Shown in pieces: positions 25,095 through 35,534 of a DNA stretch of 64,000 nucleotides. The position numbers and the translations under genes are program-made. Where the stretch lies: positions 1-64,000 of IMG/VR virus record IMGVR_UViG_3300009103_000007; one strand, 5' to 3'. Position 1 is the first letter of the stretch, and the number at the start of each line of letters is the position of its first letter. Origin of the DNA: a virus. The notes beneath the pieces are model-generated. The model saw only the letters and a program-made list of their open reading frames with translations, had not been told where the DNA came from and did no database searches.

Positions 25095-25722
25095 AACTTC
25101 ACACCACTTTGTTTGGAACGGAGTAGAGGTTGTTGTAAAAGATCCTCCACCTGAAGACGTGAATGTGAAGGAGGTATTATCTTTGGTCGGACGTCTTATA
25201 CCTGCAAGATTTATAGAAACAATAGATTCAATATATGTTGGCATCTGGCCAGACTTGGAAGACAGAGATTTGCAAGCTCTGTATAAAGACGGCGCCATAT
25301 TTGTTACAAACGAACAAAGTAGTGAATCTGATATGGCGGATGACATTGTTCACGAGTTAGCACATGCAGTTGAAGAAAACTATACAGCTGAAATATATGG
25401 TGATGGCAAACTAGAGAGAGAGTTTCTTTCAAAAAGACAAAAAATGTGGATTCTTTTAAAAGATGAATTTGCAGGGGTGCCAGATTTACATACTTTTATG
25501 AATGTCGAATATGATAAGGGATTTGATTCTTATCTGTATAATGATGTTGGATATTCAATACTGAATGTATTGACGTCTAATATATTCTTTTCATCATACG
25601 GGGCCACATCTTTAAGAGAATATTTCGCAAATGGTTTTGAGGCCTATTATTTCCATAGAGATATTAAAAAAATAAAAGAATTAAGTCCGATTTTGTTTGA
25701 CAAAATAAATAATTTATTGTAA
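25060..25722 (+). CDS. Zinc metallopeptidase-like protein (HExxH plus downstream E; ATLF-like)
   Basis: VHELAHAV...LREYFANGFEAYY. Start uncertain (25060 has a GGAGG SD). Confidence 0.55.
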   Translation: MPSTMINRMRNKTSHHFVWNGVEVVVKDPPPEDVNVKEVLSLVGRLIPARFIETIDSIYVGIWPDLEDRDLQALYKDGAIFVTNEQSSESDMADDIVHELAHAVEENYTAEIYGDGKLEREFLSKRQKMWILLKDEFAGVPDLHTFMNVEYDKGFDSYLYNDVGYSILNVLTSNIFFSSYGATSLREYFANGFEAYYFHRDIKKIKELSPILFDKINNLL

Positions 25723-25737
25723 ACTTAGGAGTAAGAT

Positions 25738-26103
25738 ATGAAGTTTGATATAAAAAAGCAACTGGATGGAGATTGTCTGTGTGTAGATGTCAGCCTTTCA
25801 TTAAGAAGGTTTCTTACAGAAAAGAAAGAATTTTTAAATACAGATTTTTTGATTAAAGCATTGGAGTTGGAAGGCTACAAGATTAAGGAAATTAAATCGG
25901 AACCCCAACGACCATTGGCTAATACTAAATCGGCCGGCTATAAACAACTTGGATCGTGGGTTTTTCTTTTGGAGCCGCAAAAAAAACCAGTACCCGCAAA
26001 AAAAACCAGTACCCGCAAAAAGAAGGCTACGACAAGTCGTAAGCCCGCAAGCATAAAAACAAGAATGAGCAACGTTGCTCAAAAAAAGAAAGAAATGGAA
26101 TGA
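25738..26103 (+). CDS. Hypothetical protein with Lys-rich tail
   Basis: C-terminal KKPVPAKKTSTRKKKATTSRKPASIK. Confidence 0.6.
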   Translation: MKFDIKKQLDGDCLCVDVSLSLRRFLTEKKEFLNTDFLIKALELEGYKIKEIKSEPQRPLANTKSAGYKQLGSWVFLLEPQKKPVPAKKTSTRKKKATTSRKPASIKTRMSNVAQKKKEME

Positions 26104-26106
26104 TTA

Positions 26107-26901
26107 ATGTCGACAAGGCAAGATGATGGCGATAGGATAAGCTTTTCGGAGCTAAAAATTTGGAACGAATGTTCCTACAAGCACAAATTAATATACAAGG
26201 ATAATTTGCCCCATTTTAAGGGTAATGAATATACAGCCTTTGGGACGGCTATGCACTTAATGTGTGAGCGAAATATCATGAATAGTGATATAGATACTCT
26301 ACAGGTTTTCGAGAAGGCCTTCGCGGAAGAATTATCTTCTTTAAAAAATGACGGCGCGATACTAGATGATAATTTGATCACAGCTATGAGATCTCAAGCA
26401 GGACCCCTTTGCGAACAGGCAATTCCAGCACTTAAAAAATATTTTGGGGAATATGAAGTAATATCAGTTGAAGAAAAATTACTTGAACAAATAGAAGAAT
26501 TTGACGCCTCCGGTAAGAAGTTTAAAGGGTACATTGATGTTGTTCTTAAGACTTCGGATGGCAAATATCATATTATTGATTGGAAAACATGTTCTTGGGG
26601 TTGGAACTTGGACCGCAGAACGGATCCTATGACAACTTATCAGCTTACATATTACAAAAATTATTTTTGTAAAAAGCACAATATTGATCCAAAAACGGTG
26701 GAAACATATTTTGGACTATTAAAGAGAACAGCAACTAAAAATAATATTGAGATCTTTAGAGTGACCAGTGGTCCGAAGAAAACCAGTAATTCCTTAAATC
26801 TTTTGCGAAAAGCTGTTATAAATATCAACAAAGACAATTATATTAAGAACAGGCTTGCCTGTAGAAATTGCGCTTTCTATAAAACTTCACACTGTAGGTA
26901 A
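26107..26901 (+). CDS. PD-(D/E)XK nuclease (RecB/Cas4-like fold)
   Basis: SFSE..C, GTAMH, GYIDV, IIDWKT, QLTYY, terminal CxxC..C cluster. Confidence 0.85.
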   Translation: MSTRQDDGDRISFSELKIWNECSYKHKLIYKDNLPHFKGNEYTAFGTAMHLMCERNIMNSDIDTLQVFEKAFAEELSSLKNDGAILDDNLITAMRSQAGPLCEQAIPALKKYFGEYEVISVEEKLLEQIEEFDASGKKFKGYIDVVLKTSDGKYHIIDWKTCSWGWNLDRRTDPMTTYQLTYYKNYFCKKHNIDPKTVETYFGLLKRTATKNNIEIFRVTSGPKKTSNSLNLLRKAVININKDNYIKNRLACRNCAFYKTSHCR

Positions 26902-26903
26902 AG

Positions 26904-28160
26904 ATGAATACCCCTAAAAAAATAAAAGTATTAGTTATTTCCGATAATCCACTTGCACCTTCCGGAGTCGGTACCCAAACACGCTATATGATCGAGTCCC
27001 TTTTGCGCACAAGGGAATTCTCTTTTGTTTGTCTCGCCGGCGCAATAAAACACAACAGCTATCAGCCCATCCGGATGGAGGAATATGGAGATGACTTTAT
27101 TATCTATCCTGTTGACGGATATGGGAGCCCTGAAATCATTCGGAATTTTCTTCACAATCAGAAGCCAGATATTGTTTGGTTTATGACGGATCCTCGATTC
27201 TGGGTTTGGTTATGGGAGATAGAAAACGAAATCAGGCCGCACGCCCCGATGGTATATTATCACGTGTGGGACAATTATCCATATCCAAATTTCAATTCAG
27301 ATTTCTACAAATCAAACGACTATGTGTGCACTATAAGTAAATTAACGGATGATATTGTTCGCACAGTTGCACCTGAAGTAAAGTGTGTTCACATACCCCA
27401 CACAGTAGATACCAATGTTTTTTGTCGCATGGAAGAGGGTGAATATGAAGATTTGCTTGAAAAGGTCGACTACAAGGGTAAGTTCGTTTGTTTTTGGAAT
27501 AATCGAAACGCGCGCCGCAAACAATCTGGAACTTTAATTTGGTGGTTTAAAGAGTTCCTCGATGAAGTTGGCCATGACAACGCAACATTAATTATGCACA
27601 CAGAACCAGATGACCCGAATGGACAGGATCTAGTGGCGATTTTGGAGGAATTAGATATAGTTGACGGACAAGTTCAAATATCCACTGTCAAGATGCCTCC
27701 CCGCGATTTGGCAAAATTGTACAATATAGCTTCTTGTACAATTAATATTTCTGACGCTGAGGGTTTCGGCCTGTCAACATTAGAATCATTGGCTTGCGAA
27801 ACTCCAATTATCGTCAATATGACAGGTGGGCTACAGGAGCAAGTCACAGATGGTGAACAATATTTTGGAGTGGCTATTGAGCCCACTTCTAAAGCAGTTA
27901 TAGGCTCTCAATCTGTTCCGTACATATATGAAGATAGGATTTCAAAGGAAGATTTTTTGGAATCCCTTAGAAAGTTATATAATATGCCTCCCGACGAGCG
28001 CGCCAAATTGGGAAAGAAGGGGAGGAAGCATGTGATGAACAACTACAGTATGGCTAAATATGCTGGCTTATGGTATTCAACAATGAAGGAAATTCATGAA
28101 AACTTGGGTTCGTGGTCCGAAAGAAGGGGCTACAAAACATTCACGCTAGAGGAGATATAA
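26904..28160 (+). CDS. Glycosyltransferase (GT-B, GT4-like)
   Basis: SGVGTQ, NRNARRK, EGFGLSTLESLACETPII. Confidence 0.9.
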   Translation: MNTPKKIKVLVISDNPLAPSGVGTQTRYMIESLLRTREFSFVCLAGAIKHNSYQPIRMEEYGDDFIIYPVDGYGSPEIIRNFLHNQKPDIVWFMTDPRFWVWLWEIENEIRPHAPMVYYHVWDNYPYPNFNSDFYKSNDYVCTISKLTDDIVRTVAPEVKCVHIPHTVDTNVFCRMEEGEYEDLLEKVDYKGKFVCFWNNRNARRKQSGTLIWWFKEFLDEVGHDNATLIMHTEPDDPNGQDLVAILEELDIVDGQVQISTVKMPPRDLAKLYNIASCTINISDAEGFGLSTLESLACETPIIVNMTGGLQEQVTDGEQYFGVAIEPTSKAVIGSQSVPYIYEDRISKEDFLESLRKLYNMPPDERAKLGKKGRKHVMNNYSMAKYAGLWYSTMKEIHENLGSWSERRGYKTFTLEEI

Positions 28161-28161
28161 T

Positions 28162-30189
28162 ATGTTGAAAGTGTTGATGAAGGCTCCCGCTCTCAGTATG
28201 TCTGGCTATGGTGAACAGGCTAGGTTTCTATTGAGGAGTATAAGGCACAGAGACGATATCGATCTTTATTTGGTGGACATCCCATGGGGCAAAAGTAATC
28301 AAATCTGCAAAAATACTGATGAATTTCAGTGGATAAGGGAGATGGCAATAAAAACAGGCCTTGCTCACTCCAATAACCCAGACATGACGTACGATGTATC
28401 CCTGCAGGTTACAATACCTAACGAGTGGGAAAACATTGCACCGGTAAATATAGGGTATACAGCAGGGATTGAATGTGACCGCGTTTCTCCGCTATGGATA
28501 CAAAAAGCTAATCAGATGTCAAAGATACTTACAATTTCAGAACATTCAAAGCTGGTATTTACGTCTACCAAATACGAGATCCTCAATCAGGATGAGGAGG
28601 TGGTGGATGTGTTGGAGCTCAAGACACCAATTGAAAGCGTTAACTATTCAATAAGGAACACCATACCTTCAGAAGAATTTGAACTAGAGTTAGATACTAA
28701 GTTTAATTTTTTGACAATGGCGCAATTTGGACCCAGAAAGAATTTAAAACTTCTAATAGACTCGTTTGTGAAACAATTTCATGACAATTCAGATGTTGGG
28801 TTAGTGGTCAAGACACATATATTGAATCCGAGTATTTGTGACAAATCTCGTACAAAAAATATGTTAAATAGTATCTTGTCGAAGTACCCCAAGAGAGAGT
28901 GCAAAATATACCTTCTACACGGAGAGATGACGGAAAATGAGTTAGCGTCGCTATATCAACATAAGGATATAGGCGCCTTTGTATCAACAACGCATGGGGA
29001 AGGCTTTGGCCTTCCGTTGTTTGAGTCGGTTTGCAACGGGTTACCTGTTATTGTACCGGGATGGAGTGGTCATATGGATTTTCTTCAAATACCGAGCCGC
29101 GGCAACAAAGTTTTTTTTCGGAATATACCTTTCCAATTAGCCGAGGTGGGCGAAGATGCAATATGGGAATCTGTGATAGAGAAAGGGTCGCTGTGGGCCC
29201 ACGTAAAAGAATCAGATGTGATGACCGCCATGAGGGATGTTTATAGGAACCATAAATCATATAAGCGGTTAGCCCGTGATCTAAAAGAGCATGTGCTAGG
29301 TAACTTTAAAGAAGACAGTATTTTCGAAAAAATTAATAATTTTATTTTTGATGATGAGCTGATGCCAACTCATGAGATTGATTTAGAATCTTTGAAGGAG
29401 GAAATATTATCTATTGAGTGTCCAAAGCAGCGCGCCAAAGCGTTGAGAAAATCCTTGCAATCGGTGCCGTCCCAAAAAGATAAACTATCCTTATTGAAGG
29501 GTTCTTTTGAGGGGGAGAAATGCTATGTCCTATCATGTGGTCCATCATTGCTTGAAAACGACCAAGAAAGATTAAAAAAAGCAACAGAAAATAATCTCAC
29601 CATTACAATAAAGCAAGCATATGATTTATTTTCGGAAACATCTGATTTGCATGTATATAATTGTGCAAATTTTAAAAAATATTCCTACACAGAACAGCCT
29701 CCGATAGTTGTAGAAGCATCCTCAACTCCTTATAAGTTGGCAGAGTGTGATATAAAGTTTTTCATACAGGAGAGAGACTTCAACAAGTCGATATCAGTTA
29801 CCAACCAGCTGGAAGAGTGGACCTATGAGAAACAGCCTCTTTTACGGCCGTATGGTCCTGGTATAATGTATGAGGCAGTGTTTTATTTGCTAGAGCATTT
29901 GGGAGTTGCAGAAGTGGTAACCGTTGGGTGGGACAACAAACTTTCAAAGGGCAGCATGGCCGAACAACATTTTTATGACAAAAAAGGTTCGAAATATGAT
30001 AAATCTGACTTTATTCACAGCAATGAGGTCGCAGAGAATATAACAAGGTCATCATTGGATCATGAAATAAAAATAACTTCAGAATGTATAGGCAAATGGC
30101 ACTCTTGGCTGAAGAATAAAGGCTGCAATTTGATGATATGTTCGCCAGTTAACCCTGCACCCGCTTTTGTAGAGAGAGTTACTATATGA
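28162..30189 (+). CDS. GT4-like glycosyltransferase fused to a Maf/DUF115-like domain
   Basis: SGYGEQ, RKN, EGFGLPLFES; C-terminal YVLSCGPSL...VGWD. Confidence 0.8.
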   Translation: MLKVLMKAPALSMSGYGEQARFLLRSIRHRDDIDLYLVDIPWGKSNQICKNTDEFQWIREMAIKTGLAHSNNPDMTYDVSLQVTIPNEWENIAPVNIGYTAGIECDRVSPLWIQKANQMSKILTISEHSKLVFTSTKYEILNQDEEVVDVLELKTPIESVNYSIRNTIPSEEFELELDTKFNFLTMAQFGPRKNLKLLIDSFVKQFHDNSDVGLVVKTHILNPSICDKSRTKNMLNSILSKYPKRECKIYLLHGEMTENELASLYQHKDIGAFVSTTHGEGFGLPLFESVCNGLPVIVPGWSGHMDFLQIPSRGNKVFFRNIPFQLAEVGEDAIWESVIEKGSLWAHVKESDVMTAMRDVYRNHKSYKRLARDLKEHVLGNFKEDSIFEKINNFIFDDELMPTHEIDLESLKEEILSIECPKQRAKALRKSLQSVPSQKDKLSLLKGSFEGEKCYVLSCGPSLLENDQERLKKATENNLTITIKQAYDLFSETSDLHVYNCANFKKYSYTEQPPIVVEASSTPYKLAECDIKFFIQERDFNKSISVTNQLEEWTYEKQPLLRPYGPGIMYEAVFYLLEHLGVAEVVTVGWDNKLSKGSMAEQHFYDKKGSKYDKSDFIHSNEVAENITRSSLDHEIKITSECIGKWHSWLKNKGCNLMICSPVNPAPAFVERVTI

Positions 30190-31160
30190 GGTACATGATT
30201 ACGGGCGGCACAGGCTCACTTGGGCGCGCCCTTGTTAGAAAAATCCTTTCCGGAAAGAAAAACGAAGTGGTTGTCTATTCTAGAGATGAAGGGAAGCATG
30301 CATTGTATTTCTCAAAAAATCCTCGCGTAAAGACGGTAATTGGTGATATTAGAGATTTTGATCATTTAAATCTTGCAGTTAAAAGGTATGGTCCTGACTT
30401 TATTATACATGCCGCGGCCCTGAAGAGAATAGAGAATATGGAACTCCAACCAGAAGAGTCTATCAAGACAAACGTTATTGGGTCTGAAAACGTTGCGCGC
30501 GCCGCACTTTTCAATGATGTAAAAAAATGTATTTTCATATCGACAGACAAAGCATGCCACCCAGTCAATGTATATGGTTCCTCTAAGTTTATTGCGGAGA
30601 GAATTTTTACAAATTATGACTTTCACTCTAGAGAGACAATCTTCTCTTCTGTTCGTTATGGTAACGTGATCGCAAGTAGGGGCTCCTTTATACCGCTTTG
30701 GACAGAGTTATTATCGAAAGGGGAAAGCATACAGGTGACCTCCTTGGAGATGACTAGGTTTATGTTCACGTTGGGCGAGGCAGTAAATACAGTCCTCGCA
30801 GCTCTGGATAATAGCGAAGGAGGAGAAGTGTTTGTACCTCAAATAAAGTCTTACGGAATGAGGAACATTTTGAAAGCTATAGAGATATTGCAAGAAAGAG
30901 AGATTAGTTATGACATCATCGGGCTCCGGCCCGGCGAAAAATTACATGAAGATATGCTTGCCCCAACAGAGCTGCCATATACATATGTGGTACCGAATTC
31001 CGAATTGCTCGCTGTAAGACCACAATACACAAAAAGGATTCACAATGCGTCGTGGGGCAAGTATAACAGGGGAAGCTTCAACTCCCTGTTATGTGAGGAC
31101 GATGACGTATACGGGTTGGTCAATTTGATTAGACGAGGGACAAAGGAAGCAAATGAATAA
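30186..31160 (+). CDS. UDP-GlcNAc 4,6-dehydratase family (PseB/FnlA/CapD-like)
   Basis: GGTGSLG, HAAALK, STDKA, YGSSK, RYGNV, MTRF, RPGEKLHE. Confidence 0.9.
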   Translation: MRYMITGGTGSLGRALVRKILSGKKNEVVVYSRDEGKHALYFSKNPRVKTVIGDIRDFDHLNLAVKRYGPDFIIHAAALKRIENMELQPEESIKTNVIGSENVARAALFNDVKKCIFISTDKACHPVNVYGSSKFIAERIFTNYDFHSRETIFSSVRYGNVIASRGSFIPLWTELLSKGESIQVTSLEMTRFMFTLGEAVNTVLAALDNSEGGEVFVPQIKSYGMRNILKAIEILQEREISYDIIGLRPGEKLHEDMLAPTELPYTYVVPNSELLAVRPQYTKRIHNASWGKYNRGSFNSLLCEDDDVYGLVNLIRRGTKEANE

Positions 31161-31911
31161 AGACACATTAATTACTGGTGGTTCTGGAATGTTGGGTGGC
31201 AGCCTCTCCCTTCTCTTTCCTGAGGCGGAAATCCTCCACGGAAAACGAGAAAGAGACTTATCATCCCTAGAAGACGCTGAAAATTGGATTAGTACTAGAA
31301 AATACAAAACAATAATTCATGCCGCGGCCCTCACCGATCTGAACACACGCCCGGAAAAGTTTGAAGAAATAATGAATCTACACAGCAATATTGTGCCGAT
31401 TTTGTCTAAAAAGTGTGAGCACTTCATTTATATATCGACAGTTCCGGTCTGGCAAAAAGGCTCCACAACTTTAAAAGATTATTATGTATCCAAGCGTTTC
31501 GGCGAAGAAGAGACATTGAGGGCCCCAAACGGAACTGTATTAAGGACTAATATATTTGGGAATTCTAATTTAATTGACTGGGCCCACCGCTCTCTTATTT
31601 GTGGGGAAAGAATAAACGGATTTACAAACAGTTACTTTAATCCGGTTCACACATTGCAATTATCTGAAATTATAAAAGAACTTTCTGATATTGGCACCTC
31701 TTCAAAGCGCATTTTAACAATTGGTGGAGATGCGATACTTAGTAAATACGATTTTTTGATTAAGGTGGCAAATAGATTATCTTTGGACACCAACCTAATC
31801 ACACCACACGAAAGAGAGGAAAGTGAAGATTTGACATTGACGAATCCAGATATAATATTCCCACTCGACCGAGGCTTGGAGATATTAAGTGAACAATATA
31901 ATAATAAATAA
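31153..31911 (+). CDS. RmlD-like NAD(P)-dependent sugar reductase
   Basis: GGSGMLG, HAAALT, YIST, YxxxK (YYVSK). Confidence 0.75.
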   Translation: MNKDTLITGGSGMLGGSLSLLFPEAEILHGKRERDLSSLEDAENWISTRKYKTIIHAAALTDLNTRPEKFEEIMNLHSNIVPILSKKCEHFIYISTVPVWQKGSTTLKDYYVSKRFGEEETLRAPNGTVLRTNIFGNSNLIDWAHRSLICGERINGFTNSYFNPVHTLQLSEIIKELSDIGTSSKRILTIGGDAILSKYDFLIKVANRLSLDTNLITPHEREESEDLTLTNPDIIFPLDRGLEILSEQYNNK

Positions 31912-32950
31912 TGCGTCTATTGGTCAAGGTTGTGCGACATATTTCATAGCAGATTTGGCAGCGAATCATGACGGAGATATAGATAGAGCTAAGAAATTGA
32001 TAAGTTTAGCTAAGGCCTCAGGAGCAGACGCCGTAAAATTTCAACATTTTCAGGCAAATTCTTTCATAAGTGCTGCAGGGTTTGATTCCCTCGACGGCCG
32101 TAAATCTCATCAAGACACATGGAAAAAGAGTGTATACAAGGTGTACGAGGACGCCTCAATACCCCTTACGTGGACTGAGGAGTTGATAACTTACTGCAGT
32201 GAAATTGATATTACATTTTTTTCTTCTCCATACGGCTTGGACATGGTGAAACACTTGAGCCAGCATGTGCCCGCTTGGAAAATTGGCAGTGGAGATATAA
32301 ACTTCCATGCCCAACTAGAAAAGGTTGCGCGCACACAAAAGCCAGTCATGCTTGCCACTGGCGCCTCAACCTTAGAGGAGGTTATTGAATCTGTAGAGTT
32401 ACTGAAGAAACACACAGATAAGATAGTGCTTATGCAATGTAATACAAATTATACTGCTGGCGAAGAAAATTTTGATCACATAAACCTAAACGTTCTTAAC
32501 ACTTATGGCACCTTATTCCCTGATGTTATATTGGGGCTGAGTGACCATACGCTTGGTCACGAAACAGTCCTTGGCTCCATCGCTCTTGGAGCTCGGGTGA
32601 TAGAAAAACACTTTACAGATGATAATACTCGCATCGGCCCCGACCATGCATTCAGCATGAACCCGGACACTTGGTCTCAGATGGTCAGAAGTAGTCGTAT
32701 CTTGGAGCGCTCTCTTGGATCCCCAATTAAGAAAGTGTGCGAAAATGAAAAAGAAACTGTCATACTACAAAGAAGGGCCCTTTATGCGACAGAAGATATT
32801 CCCGCTGGCACTTATTTAAAAAACAGCATGTTTGAACCAAAGCGCCCATCTCTAGGGGGGTGCGTGAACATTAATTCTTTTTTAGGCGAGAGGAAAACAA
32901 GAAAGCCGATTAAGAGTGGGAGTTGTTTAAGGGAAGACCACTTGGAATGA
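31889..32950 (+). CDS. neuB: NeuB/PseI-family nonulosonate synthase 1 (with SAF-like tail)
   Basis: ANHDGD, GADAVKFQ, KIGSG, GLSDHT, EKHFT. Confidence 0.92.
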   Translation: MNNIIINNASIGQGCATYFIADLAANHDGDIDRAKKLISLAKASGADAVKFQHFQANSFISAAGFDSLDGRKSHQDTWKKSVYKVYEDASIPLTWTEELITYCSEIDITFFSSPYGLDMVKHLSQHVPAWKIGSGDINFHAQLEKVARTQKPVMLATGASTLEEVIESVELLKKHTDKIVLMQCNTNYTAGEENFDHINLNVLNTYGTLFPDVILGLSDHTLGHETVLGSIALGARVIEKHFTDDNTRIGPDHAFSMNPDTWSQMVRSSRILERSLGSPIKKVCENEKETVILQRRALYATEDIPAGTYLKNSMFEPKRPSLGGCVNINSFLGERKTRKPIKSGSCLREDHLE

Positions 32951-33468
32951 CATCGCTGACACTCAGTCCCATCGAGCGCTCCGATTTAGCCTTGATTCAA
33001 AGTTGGAGAAACTCCAAAAAAGTGTTACCTTATGTGAGAGAATATCGCCTCTTATCTTTAGAGCATGTGGAAAAGTGGTTCGAGGACATGATATTGGATG
33101 ATAAATTCCAGATGTTTATGATGCACCACCAGTCAATTCCGATTGGAATTTGTGGCCTGACATACATAAATTGGCAAAACCGGCATGCCGATCTACACTT
33201 TGCAATCTACAAAGATGACAAGTGGATAGATGACAGATACGCTCCAGAGTTTTATAAAATAATTGCTGATTATGCATTTGGGGACCTTAATTTGAATAAA
33301 ATGTATGTTGAGGTCTATGAAAATGATCACAAAAAAATATCCTTTTTCGAAAGTCAACATTTTAAACTAGATGGCAGAAATAGACAGCATTATTATCACA
33401 AAGGCGAATATTTGGATTCACTCATTTACAGCATTCTGAAGGTCGAATATTTAGGAGAGAATTTATGA
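32947..33468 (+). CDS. GNAT N-acetyltransferase (PseH-like)
   Basis: IQSWRN, IGICGL, YAFGDLNLNK. Start at the ATGA overlap. Confidence 0.75.
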   Translation: MTSLTLSPIERSDLALIQSWRNSKKVLPYVREYRLLSLEHVEKWFEDMILDDKFQMFMMHHQSIPIGICGLTYINWQNRHADLHFAIYKDDKWIDDRYAPEFYKIIADYAFGDLNLNKMYVEVYENDHKKISFFESQHFKLDGRNRQHYYHKGEYLDSLIYSILKVEYLGENL

Positions 33469-34340
33469 AACTATTCATCCTTGGTCCTGGTTCGTCACTA
33501 AATCACCATATAGAGGAAATAAAAAAAGCATCAATTACTGAAAAGTTACTGGCCTTTCAAAATGTTTTTCCAAATTGCGTAGATCATTTTGATGTGGTGC
33601 CAGATTACTGGGTTTCAGGGGATCCGAACGCCTATATGCAGGGGTTTAGATATTTGATGAACACCACGGACAAGAGGTTTCTGAAGATGCAAATATTGAT
33701 ACCCGACATCTTTACTAAAGGAATTATTGAATATAGAAGGTACTGTGGGACGACTCCGCTTATAAGAGCTGCTGGTGCATGGCAAGAGTTTGAATACCTG
33801 TTGAAAGAAGTGAGAAAGAGATATAATACAAGGGTGGTGAAATGCACAACAACTAAATTTATTAAAGATCCCTCGCATCAATCGGCAGCTTTAAAAGAAA
33901 ATGATATTTTTGGTGAAAATGCTTTTTATCGATTTATGCATCATGTGCCAATTTTTGGCACTGTTGAGTTTGACAGTGAATCTGTCATAGGGGACAGATA
34001 TAAGTGGGGGCTGGAAAACAAGCTAAGTAGTATAGTTTTTCCAATAGCATATTATTTAAGAGCAAAGCAGGTATATATAGCCGGCTTCGACTTTCAAGGT
34101 CCAAGATTCTATAGCGACGACGAAAGGCATCCGTGGTCTGATGAGTCTCAAGCCAATTCTGTGGTAGAATTTCCTTTAAGAATTATCAAAAAATGGTTAC
34201 AATGGAGTAGATTCCATGGAATGGAACTATTCAGTATAGTTGATGAAAAGTGGTCACTGTTGAACAAGGTGATACCACATAAAAAAATTACAGACGTTTA
34301 TAAGGAGAAACAATGTTTAACCCATACAAAGACACGCTAA
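33465..34340 (+). CDS. Maf/DUF115-like putative ulosonate transferase
   Basis: FILGPGSSL...YIAGFDF motif pair. Confidence 0.5.
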   Translation: MKLFILGPGSSLNHHIEEIKKASITEKLLAFQNVFPNCVDHFDVVPDYWVSGDPNAYMQGFRYLMNTTDKRFLKMQILIPDIFTKGIIEYRRYCGTTPLIRAAGAWQEFEYLLKEVRKRYNTRVVKCTTTKFIKDPSHQSAALKENDIFGENAFYRFMHHVPIFGTVEFDSESVIGDRYKWGLENKLSSIVFPIAYYLRAKQVYIAGFDFQGPRFYSDDERHPWSDESQANSVVEFPLRIIKKWLQWSRFHGMELFSIVDEKWSLLNKVIPHKKITDVYKEKQCLTHTKTR

Positions 34341-35179
34341 ATTTGCCATTTGTGATTGCTGAAATTGGCATTAATCACAATGGGGACATTGAGCTTGCAA
34401 AGAAATTAATTGATTTAGCGGTTGACTCAGGGTGTCAAGCCGTAAAATTTCAAAAAAGAGATATAGATGTGGTATACACACAAGAATATCTAGATTCAGC
34501 CCGTCAATCACCGTGGGGCACTACCCAAAGAGAACAGAAGCTTGGATTGGAATTTGGCAAGAAAGAGTATGATATTATAGATGATTATTGCAAACAGAAG
34601 GGAATTTTATGGTCTGCTTCCGCTTGGGACCTAGAGAGTCAAATCTTTTTGAGACAATATGATCTCCCTTTCAACAAGGTGGCTTCTGCTATGTTGACTC
34701 ACAAAGAGCTTCTTAAAGAAATTGCAAATGAGGGCCGCCACACTTTTATTTCTACTGGTATGAGCACCTTTGGAGACATTGACGATGCAATAGGAATTTT
34801 TGAAGCAGCAGGTTGTCCAATTACGTTATTTCATTGTGTGTCCACGTATCCGTGTAAAGACGAGGATTGTAATATAAATCTTATCAAGACATTGAAGGAA
34901 AGATATGGGGTTCCTGTGGGATATAGCGGCCACGAAGAGGGGATCCTTCCTTCAATACTGGCTGTTTCTGTTGGGGCTGTGGCCTTAGAGAGACACATTA
35001 CACTAGATAAGAATATGTATGGTTCTGATCAATCTGCGTCGATTGAGAGGGAGGATTTGGTGAGACTCGTGGAGGAGACTAGAAAGGTGACTAACACGAT
35101 GGGTACTGGTCAGAAATTCTTTCTACAACATGAGCGTCCTGTCGCGACCAAATTACGATATTTTGAAGTTGTGGGGTAG
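34313..35179 (+). CDS. neuB: NeuB-family synthase 2 (short, no SAF tail)
   Basis: IAEIGINHNGD, AVKFQKR, KVASA, GYSGHE, ERHIT. Confidence 0.92.
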   Translation: MFNPYKDTLNLPFVIAEIGINHNGDIELAKKLIDLAVDSGCQAVKFQKRDIDVVYTQEYLDSARQSPWGTTQREQKLGLEFGKKEYDIIDDYCKQKGILWSASAWDLESQIFLRQYDLPFNKVASAMLTHKELLKEIANEGRHTFISTGMSTFGDIDDAIGIFEAAGCPITLFHCVSTYPCKDEDCNINLIKTLKERYGVPVGYSGHEEGILPSILAVSVGAVALERHITLDKNMYGSDQSASIEREDLVRLVEETRKVTNTMGTGQKFFLQHERPVATKLRYFEVVG

Positions 35180-35192
35180 CGTGGCCGGTAAT

Positions 35193-35534
35193 ATGAAATT
35201 TGTTCCCAAGGGATGGGGATTTGAGAAGTGGATAGTGAACAAAGAGCAATATTGTGGCAAGTTGTTGTATTTTGTGAAAGACAAGAGGTGCTCGTGGCAT
35301 TATCATAAGATTAAAGATGAAGTGTTTTATATACAATCTGGCAAAATACTCGTTAAATATTCTGATCAAGATGATATAACCCTTGCTGAGGAAAAGATCT
35401 TAACAAAAGGTGATAATTTTCACGTATATGTTGGCTTGAGACATCAGATGGTAGCTTTAGAAGATACAGAATTATTCGAATTCTCGACTCAGCACTTTGA
35501 TGAAGACAGTTATAGGATTGTGAAAGGTGATTAA
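35193..35534 (+). CDS. Cupin (sugar isomerase/epimerase-like)
   Basis: KGWGFE, SWHYH...E...H...EFST. Confidence 0.8.
   Translation: MKFVPKGWGFEKWIVNKEQYCGKLLYFVKDKRCSWHYHKIKDEVFYIQSGKILVKYSDQDDITLAEEKILTKGDNFHVYVGLRHQMVALEDTELFEFSTQHFDEDSYRIVKGD

Noticed and set aside
26107-26901. Nuclease as CRISPR Cas4 or as the cassette recombinase
   Set aside because: No cas genes or array nearby. Stand-alone PD-(D/E)XK nucleases are common in phages, and it lacks recombinase motifs.
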